Of a DNA stretch of 40,075 nucleotides, positions 8,871-16,957 are shown in pieces; the stretch's first letter is position 1, and each line of letters starts with the position of its first letter. A model generated the notes under the pieces. It was not told the origin of the DNA, searched no databases, and was given only the letters and a program-made list of their open reading frames with translations. The stretch is from Ructibacterium sp. (GTDB lineage Bacteria; Bacillota; Clostridia; Monoglobales; Monoglobaceae). The DNA is taken from the NCBI GenBank assembly GCA_045659345.1, contig JAZOWR010000226.1:1-40075 (forward strand), in the 5' to 3' direction. The position numbers were made by a program, and so were the translations under genes.

Positions 8871-9953
8871 CTATTTGTCCCGTTCCGGTTGCATCGAGAG
8901 CGCAAAACGACTGATTTGTTCACTGCTTCGGTCGTATTTCGACTCCATTAAATCTGTTGTGTGTCCCGTCATCAGTCGCAGATCATCGGAACTCATTCCG
9001 AGATTTTTAAAGTAGGTTATGGCACTGCCCCGTAATGAATGAAATCCTATTTTACCATCATCAGCCCTATGCTCTATTTGCGCTTTTTCACAATACTCCG
9101 AAAAGTATTCAGATATTTTGTGGTTGTTCCGATAGCCGGTCGTTATCTGGTACAATATCGGTTCATCAGGATTTGAACATCTCAGTAATATCGGCTTAAT
9201 ATATTCTTCCAATTCAGGCATTATCGGACAGCAGACGTATTTATTGAACCGTGCCGTTTTGCTCGGTTTGATTATAAACACTTTCGTTTCAAAATTGAAC
9301 ATCGCAGGTGTCATTCTCGCGCAGGTCTCCAGTCGCTGCGCCGTCCAGCGGCTTAACATTGTCATCAGCTGCAGCGGTTCAGGCATTATTGCCATAAGAC
9401 GGGCTATTTCTTCGTCCGACAAGTTTCTCCGTCCGTCAACTTCAGTTATTTTTTTATTCATTATTACCTGGAACGGCGACTGTTCCAGATTGGCTTCTAC
9501 CAGACAACAGCGGAATACCGTATTCAATGCCGATTTTGTATTATTATAGGTTTTGCCGTTACCTTTGTTATAATAAGTTTCCAGATAATTCAATGCAACT
9601 TTCGGTGTGATTTCATCGGCATATTTCAGCTTTGTTCGCTCTATCAGATGTTTCATTGCTGATATATGTTCTTTTTTTATCTCTCGTCTGGTGCCGGCTA
9701 TCTCAAGCATTTTTGAGAGCTTCAGGCGGTTGCTCCGCGCGGTCGGTAACGGCGCAGGTGCAATCTCTTTGAACATCGGAAATGTGCGCGACAGTGAACG
9801 CATCCGCCGCGCTTCATTCAATATTGACATGAAATTTTTTTCGCTTTTTTTTGCTTCTGCCAGGTCGCGCGTTTTCAATGAACGGCTGTTTACTTTGCCG
9901 CGGAGATCCCGAAAGACTACATAATATATTCCGTTTTTTATTGTAAGGCTCAT
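8871..9953 (-). CDS. int: Tyrosine recombinase / phage integrase
   Basis: N-terminal arm-binding-like GIYYVVFR...RSLKT; catalytic R (AQRLE), K (SKT), HSLR, GH and Y (SKY). ATG 9953 follows SD AAGGAG; adjacent to attP. Confidence 0.92.
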   Translation of the reverse strand: MSLTIKNGIYYVVFRDLRGKVNSRSLKTRDLAEAKKSEKNFMSILNEARRMRSLSRTFPMFKEIAPAPLPTARSNRLKLSKMLEIAGTRREIKKEHISAMKHLIERTKLKYADEITPKVALNYLETYYNKGNGKTYNNTKSALNTVFRCCLVEANLEQSPFQVIMNKKITEVDGRRNLSDEEIARLMAIMPEPLQLMTMLSRWTAQRLETCARMTPAMFNFETKVFIIKPSKTARFNKYVCCPIMPELEEYIKPILLRCSNPDEPILYQITTGYRNNHKISEYFSEYCEKAQIEHRADDGKIGFHSLRGSAITYFKNLGMSSDDLRLMTGHTTDLMESKYDRSSEQISRFALSMQPERDK

Positions 9954-10142
9954 AAGGTTATTTACTCCCTTTTGCAATGTAACCTAAAACAAATCCAACT
10001 TGAAAAGCAAGTCCTATAAAAAGAAGTAATATTTCTATATTTATATTGTGTTTTTCACAAACATCGTAAATTAAATATAAGATTAAGAAAACTATTGCTA
10101 TCCATATATATTGTTTCAAGTATCTCATTTTTTTGTCTTTTT

Positions 10143-10514
10143 TTAGAAGGTGTCGAGGATTTGGAGGAATTTTATTTTTTCTTCGGCAGTCAGATCGGAG
10201 TGGTTCAGAATGTTCCGGCTCAGGTCTGATATGAATTCCTTTCGTTCGTACTCATTGTTGTTTTTTTGGGTTATTATATTATTATTAGAATTTATAACTT
10301 TCTGATTATTAGTTGTTTGCAGTTTTCCGTATATGGTTGTATCCGGAAACATACGCTGCAAGGTTTCAACTTTGATCCCCAGAATGTTTTTGTTATCGGA
10401 TAATAATCTTTGTATTGAACCTTGTGTCGTATTGTATTTTGTTGCCATTTCGGTTTGCGTAACTCTATTATTATAATCAGTTTGCAATTCTTTCAAGATT
10501 TCATCGTACAGCAT
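10143..10514 (-). CDS. HTH (XRE-like) repressor
   Basis: VTQTEMATKYNTTQGSIQRLL helix-turn-helix; divergent from the early operon and upstream of int. Confidence 0.7.
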   Translation of the reverse strand: MLYDEILKELQTDYNNRVTQTEMATKYNTTQGSIQRLLSDNKNILGIKVETLQRMFPDTTIYGKLQTTNNQKVINSNNNIITQKNNNEYERKEFISDLSRNILNHSDLTAEEKIKFLQILDTF

Positions 10515-10617
10515 TTTTTCTCCTTATTCAATTATTATTTTTATTTTCAAAACGAGGAAAAAATTAGTATAATATATCATTTTTATAAAAAAATTCAAAA
10601 AATTATAAAAAAATGAT

Positions 10618-10647
10618 TTGACATTTACAATGCTACTGATATATTAT
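10618..10647 (+). promoter_or_regulatory. sigma70-like early rightward promoter
   Basis: TTGACA (10618-10623), 18 bp, TATTAT (10642-10647) in the AT-rich divergent region. Confidence 0.65.
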
Positions 10648-10702
10648 AAGCGTAATGATAAAAATATTTAAAATTGCAAGCTAAAAAAACAACGAGGAAA
10701 AA

Positions 10703-10843
10703 ATGAAAGAAATAAAGTACGAAACAGTCGCTGTTGAACCTCAAATAAAGGAGGAAATTAAAAAAATTTCTCAAAAGTATGGAAAAAAGATTTATGTTAT
10801 CATTGCTGAAGCTCTGGCAGAGTACAAAAAAAATTTAGTATAA
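10703..10843 (+). CDS. Small ribbon-helix-helix (Arc/CopG-like) regulator in the Cro position
   Basis: 46 aa MKEIKYETVAVEPQIKEEIKKISQKYGKKIYVIIAEALAEYKKNLV, showing a strand-helix-G-helix pattern; SD GAGG; too short for the ORF track. Confidence 0.65.
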   Translation: MKEIKYETVAVEPQIKEEIKKISQKYGKKIYVIIAEALAEYKKNLV

Positions 10844-10904
10844 ATTATCAACTTGCTTATAAAATAATTATTAGTAATTATTATCAAAAATGAAAGGTTA
10901 GGAA

Positions 10905-11042
10905 ATGAGAAGTTACAAATGTGAATTTTGCGGAAAAGGAGAAATTTGTTATCTCCAGATGCCGGATGACAAAGTGCCGGATTACTGCGTTTGCGAAGAT
11001 GCAGAATTTGCCGACTGGGAAGAAATTACTGACGAGGTTTAA
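10905..11042 (+). CDS. Small acidic Cys-rich (Zn-binding-like) protein
   Basis: 45 aa MRSYKCEFCGKGEICYLQMPDDKVPDYCVCEDAEFADWEEITDEV. Confidence 0.6.
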   Translation: MRSYKCEFCGKGEICYLQMPDDKVPDYCVCEDAEFADWEEITDEV

Positions 11043-11059
11043 TTGAAAGGATAAACAAT

Positions 11060-11266
11060 ATGGATTTGTATCAGGCGGAAAAGGTTATGCAGCAGTGTCT
11101 GCAGAATATGTACAGAATCGGGCAGAACCATGCAAAAGAAGCGTTCGCTGACGGTACACTCGAACACCAGAAGGAAGTCTTTGACCAGGTTTTCGGTGAC
11201 TTCCCCGAAGCTTGCAGAGGTTTCTGGGATATGTGCCGCGCTCTCGATATGGTGAACAGTATTTAA
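11060..11266 (+). CDS. Hypothetical protein
   Basis: 68 aa with SD AAAGGA. Confidence 0.6.
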   Translation: MDLYQAEKVMQQCLQNMYRIGQNHAKEAFADGTLEHQKEVFDQVFGDFPEACRGFWDMCRALDMVNSI

Positions 11267-11346
11267 CCCGCAAAGAAAAGTAAAACAAAAGAAAGCCGAA
11301 TTACTTTTTCAAAAAGAAAAGTGTTAAAGAAAAAGGAAGAAATCAA

Positions 11347-11502
11347 ATGAAAAATTGCAATAACTCTAAAATGAATATTCACTTCCCACAACAACAGTAT
11401 CAGATGCAGCAGAATGACCACGTCCCTCTGATCATCGGTCTCGGTTTCCTCAGCGTCATGCTTTTCGGATTGGTCGTAATTCTGCTCGCTGTGAAATTTT
11501 AA
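11347..11502 (+). CDS. Small C-terminally anchored membrane peptide (51 aa)
   Basis: ...QQNDHVPLIIGLGFLSVMLFGLVVILLAVKF*; SD AAGGA upstream. Confidence 0.55.
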   Translation: MKNCNNSKMNIHFPQQQYQMQQNDHVPLIIGLGFLSVMLFGLVVILLAVKF

Positions 11503-11515
11503 TTCCTTTCGCTCG

Positions 11516-11596
11516 GTCCCGTCCGCTTCGGGGAGATGAGTGCCCCCGAAACTGCCTGCGGCTTAACCTTTCGAGCAGGCAGTCGGGACTTTTTTT
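11516..11596 (+). ncRNA. Candidate structured RNA / branched terminator (3-way junction plus U-tract)
   Basis: GTCCCG/CGGGAC closes two hairpins, TTCGGGG/CCCCGAA and ACTGCCTGC/GCAGGCAGT, followed by T7; GC-rich island in an AT-rich region. Confidence 0.5.
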
Positions 11597-11704
11597 AAAG
11601 CAACTTAAAAGGGCGGAGCTTTTTCTCAAATAACTAAAACAATGTTGAAAATAAATACTTGAAATTGCTCCTGTCCCTTTTTTAACCAAGAAAGAAAATG
11701 TAAA

Positions 11705-12268
11705 ATGAGTATGAAAAGTATAAATGATTATGAGGAAATTACAGGTTTTACCAATATTGATGAACTCCATATCATGCTTCATCAATTCAAGTTCGATAAT
11801 CCTGATAAAAAAGGCTATGCGAAGTTTAATGTTTTTCTGTTTTTTACTGATGATGAAGATTTGACTATTGACCATTTATATCAAACAATTTGCGGTGAAT
11901 CAAAAGCAGAACATTTTAATAAGCGGCGTAATTTATTTATGGAAGCAACGGCACGTGAAGTAAAATATAAAATAATGCAAGCAGAAAGTATTTCAAGTTT
12001 TATCAAAAGCGGTTTGCGGAATTTACCACCGGAACACTATGAAAAATGGATTGACATCGTGCCAATCCGAGTGATGGATATGTATCATGGATTGGATTTG
12101 GAAAATTTTCTTGAACTTTATGAAAATTTGCAAATTGAAACTTTTGAAACTGTTAAGGAACGTTTTTTAGAACAGGGACATAGCGGTGGCTCTGGTTCTC
12201 TTGTTTTGAGTATGTTGAAAGAATTTTCTCCTAAAGGCGCGGATTTTGTTAAATTTATGGGGCATTGA
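11705..12268 (+). CDS. Hypothetical phage protein
   Basis: 187-aa ORF; C-terminal QGHSGGS motif. Confidence 0.7.
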   Translation: MSMKSINDYEEITGFTNIDELHIMLHQFKFDNPDKKGYAKFNVFLFFTDDEDLTIDHLYQTICGESKAEHFNKRRNLFMEATAREVKYKIMQAESISSFIKSGLRNLPPEHYEKWIDIVPIRVMDMYHGLDLENFLELYENLQIETFETVKERFLEQGHSGGSGSLVLSMLKEFSPKGADFVKFMGH

Positions 12269-12270
12269 TT

Positions 12271-12583
12271 ATGAAAATAAAATCTCAATCAGTGAATATG
12301 ACTAATGTTATAGGCGGCATGGTTGGTTGGCTTATAATCCAGAAATCAGGCTTTGAAAAAGCATTTATGTTTTGGGACGCTGATACTGTCGGCGATGACC
12401 CCGAAAATGCCGATACTGTTTTGATGAAAAAAAGATTATCTTTCTATCAGGGCAGTCAACCATGACTTTAAATATATTACCGCCATTGCGGAACATCTTT
12501 TGGGTGAACCTTACGATTTTACTGTCACCATAAAAGGGCAAGGAATTGTAAATGTAACGAGAAAGGGTAAAGAAAATGAGTAA
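12271..12583 (+). pseudogene. Hypothetical gene apparently frameshifted at an A7 tract (12427-12433)
   Basis: Frame 0 stops at 12465. The +1 frame continues KDYLSIRAVNHDFKY...RKGKENE* to 12583, overlapping the next start codon (ATGAGTAA). Confidence 0.5.
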
Positions 12584-13064
12584 CGACAGATTTAAGTTTC
12601 GGGTGTGGGATGATGATGAACAACATTATTTGCTTGGAGGGAGTTTGCTTGATAGCAGAACTGGTAAAATCGCTGGTTATTTTGATGATTACACTTTTGG
12701 GGTTGAACAATGCACTGGCTTGGAAGACAAGAACGGCAAGCTGATTTATGAGGGGGATGTGGTTGTGCAACCTAATCAATATCCCTATTTTGATTATGCT
12801 GATAATGTACCGCATAAAAGTCTAAATGATACATTTGGCGTTATTGAACATGACGCGGTTCTGAATTATATCGGTATTGTTGAATGGAATGATGAGAGTG
12901 CGCAGTTTGTTATTGTTTTGCTATGTGTTAATCCGTTAAAATCAGGTATATCTAATGGCATTTGCCATTATTTTGATGAAGATGAAGACCTTGAAATCAT
13001 CGGCAATATTCACGACGAGCAATTTTGTGAGGTCACGAAAATGGCTGAAATTGAAAGGGATTGA
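12576..13064 (+). CDS. YopX family protein
   Basis: KFRVWD, EQCTGLEDKNGKLIYEGDVV and LEIIGNIHD signature motifs. Confidence 0.9.
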   Translation: MSNDRFKFRVWDDDEQHYLLGGSLLDSRTGKIAGYFDDYTFGVEQCTGLEDKNGKLIYEGDVVVQPNQYPYFDYADNVPHKSLNDTFGVIEHDAVLNYIGIVEWNDESAQFVIVLLCVNPLKSGISNGICHYFDEDEDLEIIGNIHDEQFCEVTKMAEIERD

Positions 13065-13067
13065 GGA

Positions 13068-13379
13068 ATGAAAATTTGTATGGACTGTAAATGGTGTTCG
13101 CGCAACTACGAGCAACAGCGGATAAAGAATATAAAAAATCCAATTAAACGCTTTTTTGAATGGATGAACTGGGTTCAGTGGCATTCAATAGTACACCTGC
13201 ATTACCCGAAATGTACGCACCCGGAAGTGTATCGTAATAACATTGCTGATGAGCGTGTACATGGAAAACTCTCTCGTGAAGAAATATTCTGTTCGGCAGC
13301 ACGCCTCGAAAGTAGCGGTAGTTTTCATTGTTGCGGAAAAGAAGGAAAGTATTTTGAGGAGTATAAAGAAAATGAATGA
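13068..13379 (+). CDS. Cys-rich hypothetical phage protein
   Basis: ICMDCKWC ... C ... CSAAR ... CGKEGKYFE pattern. Confidence 0.7.
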   Translation: MKICMDCKWCSRNYEQQRIKNIKNPIKRFFEWMNWVQWHSIVHLHYPKCTHPEVYRNNIADERVHGKLSREEIFCSAARLESSGSFHCCGKEGKYFEEYKENE

Positions 13380-13917
13380 AGAAATTAAAATTGATCGTCT
13401 TGAGAGAATCATGGAGGTCGCAAAAATGATGCATTATGATTTGTTGAACAGAAAAATCCCGAGCCTGGCGCGCCAGGCAGCAGATATTTATGCAACAGCC
13501 AAAGAGGAAATCGAAGCACGCAGTATGCTTAAGGAAGAAACTGTTACAGATTGTAACCGGTTGCCCGACTGGTGCAAGGCAGGGGAGTGGGTTTATGATA
13601 ATGTAATCGGAGAATACGCCATTGTTAAAAAAGAAGAAAATCCGCAGTGGTATGTTGATAATCTGGAAACATTGTCTCCTGCCCGCAAGCGTTCGTTTAA
13701 TACTAAGGAGATGAAAGCGTTGGTCGGGAAGGTGATTGAAAAAGACAATAATCTTTATCTTGTGACAGCCTATCATAACGATAGGCAAACAATTATAACC
13801 GGCAACGCTTCATCGTTGTTAGATGCTGAGTTGCTTATCGTCAATAATTTCACCATTGACGGCAAGCCGTGCTATGTGATGGAACACAAGAACGATAAAG
13901 GAGAGTGGGTAAAGTAA
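13372..13917 (+). CDS. Hypothetical phage protein
   Basis: ATG 13372 after SD GAGGAG, overlapping the upstream stop; LPDWCKAGEWVYD and FTIDGKPC motifs. Confidence 0.7.
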   Translation: MNEEIKIDRLERIMEVAKMMHYDLLNRKIPSLARQAADIYATAKEEIEARSMLKEETVTDCNRLPDWCKAGEWVYDNVIGEYAIVKKEENPQWYVDNLETLSPARKRSFNTKEMKALVGKVIEKDNNLYLVTAYHNDRQTIITGNASSLLDAELLIVNNFTIDGKPCYVMEHKNDKGEWVK

Positions 13918-13924
13918 GAATTTG

Positions 13925-13992
13925 AAGCATGTACAGCAGATTATATAACAATAACTTCGATAGCTGCTTGAACTGCTGTACATGCTTTTTTT
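13925..13992 (+). terminator. Intrinsic terminator with a 15-bp perfect stem and 33-nt loop
   Basis: AAGCATGTACAGCAG (13925-13939) / CTGCTGTACATGCTT (13973-13987) plus T-tract. Confidence 0.7.
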
Positions 13993-14013
13993 AAATCAAA
14001 GGAGGTGTCCGGA

Positions 14014-14133
14014 TTGAAGATTTTTTTTATCTGTGTTTTAATCGTTTTTATTTACGCTGTGGCAAGGAGCATTTTTATTTTATTTTCAATCAGAAATGAA
14101 ATCAATTATGAGGAGGAGGAAAAAGATGAATAA
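14014..14133 (+). CDS. Small membrane peptide (39 aa)
   Basis: SD AAGGAGGT then TTG; MKIFFICVLIVFIYAVARSIFILFSIRNEINYEEEEKDE. Confidence 0.5.
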   Translation: MKIFFICVLIVFIYAVARSIFILFSIRNEINYEEEEKDE

Positions 14134-14311
14134 AGAAGCTGAACGTATTAAATGTAACGAATTGCACAAGCAATATTATCACGCACGCAAAAAAAGGCGT
14201 ATGCAGAAAGCGAATGAATATATCAAAATTTTAAGGGAAATGCTCGAAGGCGTTGACCTGACTCCTTATCTCCCGGTAACCAAACAGAATATCGGTCTGC
14301 GTCATGAATGA
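14126..14311 (+). CDS. Small basic hypothetical protein
   Basis: ATG 14126 after GGAGGA; overlaps the replication gene start. Confidence 0.55.
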   Translation: MNKEAERIKCNELHKQYYHARKKRRMQKANEYIKILREMLEGVDLTPYLPVTKQNIGLRHE

Positions 14312-15023
14312 AGGGTGGATAAAAGTGTTCAGATCGCTTCCCGCCTGGCGTTGGTACAAAGATGCAAATACAAAATCGCTGTATTTGCATCTGCTTCTTA
14401 ACGCCTGCATCAGACCTACTCCGTTTATGGATTTTGTTCTGCAGCCGGGTGAATATGTCTCAACAGTTCGCGCTCTGGCTTATAAATTGAACATGTCTGA
14501 CAAGGCGGTCCGCGTTGCCATGAGTCATTTAATTGCGACAAACGATATGGCAATCAAAACGACAAATAAATACACCATTTTTTCAGTTCAAAACTGGGAA
14601 AAATATCAAGGTTGTGGCAATCAGGAGGGCAAACAAAACGGCAATCAAAGGGCAAACATAGAAAAAGAATTTAAGAATAATATATTACTCTCTCCCGCGC
14701 CCGCGCCCGCGCGTGAGGAGTTCAAGTTCGATTTTAATTTTGATGATTTGGTAGGGACAACTCTTACAGCAGACGAAAAAAAGCTTTTTGCTGAATTCAT
14801 TAAAAACTGGGAGTATTATCACGGCAAAGGAAAAAAGATGACAATTTTTATCGCCACAGGGCAGCTCGAAAAACTTCTGAGGCTTCCCGATGATATCAAA
14901 CTTGAAGCTCTGAAGCGTGCGATTTCTGAAAAGTGGCAGAATATTCACGACATCCGCCGTGATGCAAACGGCAGATTTGTCGGTAACTCTCAAAAAGAAA
15001 AGTTTGACCCCTACGCAAGATAA
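14304..15023 (+). CDS. Phage replication initiator / replisome organiser
   Basis: N-terminal GWIKVFRSL..WRWY....LYLHLLLNA winged-helix and NWEKYQ; internal iterons. Confidence 0.8.
   Translation: MNEGWIKVFRSLPAWRWYKDANTKSLYLHLLLNACIRPTPFMDFVLQPGEYVSTVRALAYKLNMSDKAVRVAMSHLIATNDMAIKTTNKYTIFSVQNWEKYQGCGNQEGKQNGNQRANIEKEFKNNILLSPAPAPAREEFKFDFNFDDLVGTTLTADEKKLFAEFIKNWEYYHGKGKKMTIFIATGQLEKLLRLPDDIKLEALKRAISEKWQNIHDIRRDANGRFVGNSQKEKFDPYAR
14616..14715 (+). repeat. Putative origin of replication (iterons inside the initiator gene)
   Basis: GGCAA(A/T)CA at 14616, 14628, 14640 and 14651 (also 14549), then an AT-rich tract and (CCCGCG)3. Confidence 0.65.
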
Positions 15024-15035
15024 CCGGAGGACAAT

Positions 15036-15581
15036 ATGGACTGGAAAAAATTTGTAACTTTCATGAAACTCAATTTGGGTGTGAAAATCGAAAACAAGGA
15101 AGAACAGGATGAATGGGCGCGATTCGCCGATAATGCTGATGAGGCTATTTTTTATGAGGCGGTTCAGCCTCTGGTTGACAGTTACGCTGCCGCTCTGAAT
15201 GAGTGCCGTCCGGTCAAGTCTCCGCTGCTTTCCCAGATCTCCCAGAAATACAATGCGCTCAGTCGGCATAAAAAAGACTCTGAAATGCTCGATGCTTTCG
15301 GTAATTGTCAGCACTGCGGCGGGACCGGTCAGCTCTATGTCTTGTTCGATTCCGTCAGAAACAAGGCTGTGAATGTTCGTCAGCCTTTCTTCTGGAATAA
15401 ATCATCGCTCGATATCCGGATTGCTCCGTGTGTCTGTCCGAATGGTCGCCGTCAGGCTCCTCATGCGACTTCAGAATGGTTCAACAATAATGTTTTCTGC
15501 GGTTTCCGGCTCGATGACCGCGACAAACTCGAAAACATGTGCAATATCAACGCCAGAAAAGAGGTCTCCCGTGAAAACTAA
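15036..15581 (+). CDS. Replication accessory (helicase-loader-like) protein with Zn finger
   Basis: Directly follows the initiator; CQHCGGTG ... PCVC. Confidence 0.55.
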   Translation: MDWKKFVTFMKLNLGVKIENKEEQDEWARFADNADEAIFYEAVQPLVDSYAAALNECRPVKSPLLSQISQKYNALSRHKKDSEMLDAFGNCQHCGGTGQLYVLFDSVRNKAVNVRQPFFWNKSSLDIRIAPCVCPNGRRQAPHATSEWFNNNVFCGFRLDDRDKLENMCNINARKEVSREN

Positions 15582-15888
15582 ACAGAAGTATTGCCGTCTC
15601 GGATATCTGGCAAGGCTGTACAATCTCGATGAGCTTATTATTGCTGTTTCATGTGAGGTTTTTGCTTTTGACCATGAAAATCAGCCGCTTTATGACAGAG
15701 AAAAAGTTGAACGCCTTAAAAAATCTCTCGAAGCGGCAAAAATCCGCAAGAAAAATCTGGATAATGACCTTGCAGCCAGAGGCTGGCAGATTTGTCTCGG
15801 ATGCGGTCATCTGCTCCCGCTGCTTCATCGCTCTTATTGTGCTGACTGCCAGGAGAGAATTCATGCCGGTTCGTCCTTACAGAGTTGA
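15571..15888 (+). CDS. Putative winged-HTH plus Zn-ribbon protein
   Basis: GTG 15571 after GAGGT; MerR/Xis-like LGYLARLYN...PLYDREKVERL; C-terminal CLGC...CADC. Confidence 0.55.
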   Translation: MKTKQKYCRLGYLARLYNLDELIIAVSCEVFAFDHENQPLYDREKVERLKKSLEAAKIRKKNLDNDLAARGWQICLGCGHLLPLLHRSYCADCQERIHAGSSLQS

Positions 15889-16510
15889 AGAATTTCAAGC
15901 CGTTCTTGACAGCAATGCTTTTGCTTCCGGGGATAAAACCAGAAACAGGCTTATTCTTGCTATGCAAGCGACAATGGGACCGCGTATTCATGAAGCTCTC
16001 GCTCTCAAATGCGGTGACGTTTGGGACGTTCAAGTAAAACTTAAATCCAGAATATGGTTCAAAAAGACAAAAAACGGCGTGCCTCGTGCGATTGAAATTC
16101 CTGCTGAACTCAATCCGTTTTTCTATGCATGGCAGAAAATTCTGCTTGAGCGCGGACTTTTTCTTAACGATATGCCGCTTTTTTGCAATTCCAAAGGGAA
16201 AGTTGTATCACGGTTTCATGTGTATCGGCTCTATCAGAAGGCGCATGCAGAATTGAATTTGTCAGGGCTTGGCACTCATTCAGCACGGAAAACATGGGCG
16301 ACAAATACTCATGCTTTCTGGACTGAACAGATGCGGAGAGGTATGAATATTGACCCGCTTGCCATGACTGCCAAACTCGGAGGCTGGAAAGATATCAACT
16401 CCTGCAGCCGTTACATCGGCTTGGACCTTTTTAATATGAATTTGTCACAAAATTTTGTGTCAAAAATCCTGCTTTCCAAAAAAAGCGCACAAAATCTACA
16501 AAGTTTATAG
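15863..16510 (+). CDS. Second tyrosine recombinase, catalytic domain only (215 aa)
   Basis: RNRLIL...GPRIHEALAL, KTK, THSARK, LGGW and SRYI give an R-K-H-R-W-Y active site; ATG 15863 follows AGGAG. Confidence 0.85.
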   Translation: MPVRPYRVEEFQAVLDSNAFASGDKTRNRLILAMQATMGPRIHEALALKCGDVWDVQVKLKSRIWFKKTKNGVPRAIEIPAELNPFFYAWQKILLERGLFLNDMPLFCNSKGKVVSRFHVYRLYQKAHAELNLSGLGTHSARKTWATNTHAFWTEQMRRGMNIDPLAMTAKLGGWKDINSCSRYIGLDLFNMNLSQNFVSKILLSKKSAQNLQSL

Positions 16511-16556
16511 TTCAATGCGGAATTTATAGAATTTATTACATAGAGTAAAATGTTGT

Positions 16557-16847
16557 ATGCAGAAAAATGAACAAAAAAACAAGCTCAAATTGAGCGTGAA
16601 AAATGATGTTTTCACAATTCAGTCGGTTTTTGAGACCGAAAAATTAACGCAATATGAACGGAATTACGGACTTACGCTGAATAAGTTTTACACTTGCAAA
16701 GAAATCATGGAATTTATCCCTATGATATCTCACAAACAACTTTTGCGCCTGATAAAATCCAGAGTGCTTGCCGGTCATAAATTGAGCGGTCGCTATGTCG
16801 TTCAGGGGTGGGTGTTGAAAAGGTATCTGGACAGCAGGATTGTATAA
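16557..16847 (+). CDS. Excisionase-like (HTH_17-type) DNA-binding protein
   Basis: FYTCKEIMEF...LLRLIKSRVLAGHKLSGRYVVQGWVLKRYL pattern. Confidence 0.7.
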   Translation: MQKNEQKNKLKLSVKNDVFTIQSVFETEKLTQYERNYGLTLNKFYTCKEIMEFIPMISHKQLLRLIKSRVLAGHKLSGRYVVQGWVLKRYLDSRIV

Positions 16848-16853
16848 AAAAAG

Positions 16854-16957
16854 CGGCAGAATTCATCAGCCAAAAAACGAATAATAAAAAAGGCTTGGTT
16901 AGCCTTCCCTGTCAAGACCCCGGCAAGCCGGAATGACGGAGGTTGATGATCCTGCCG
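16854..16957. ncRNA. Candidate structured / antisense small RNA
   Basis: Long-range stem CGGCAG..TCATCAGCC / GGTTGATGA..CTGCCG enclosing hairpins. The minus strand has a TTTACA-17-TATATT promoter (16992-16964) and a terminator AAGGCT-AACCA-AGCCTT plus T-tract. Confidence 0.5.

Noticed and set aside
15629-15862. N-terminal extension of the second recombinase given by the ORF track
   Set aside because: It overlaps the 15571..15888 gene in another frame. ATG 15863 has its own SD and begins the catalytic domain.
16583-16595. GCTCAA-A-TTGAGC palindrome in the HTH gene
   Set aside because: Six-bp arms, a single copy and no supporting peptide motif; compatible with chance.
16900-16950. SAM-I riboswitch resemblance (CCCGGCAA)
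   Set aside because: The AUC..GAG P1/P2 core, kink-turn and GUGC elements are missing.
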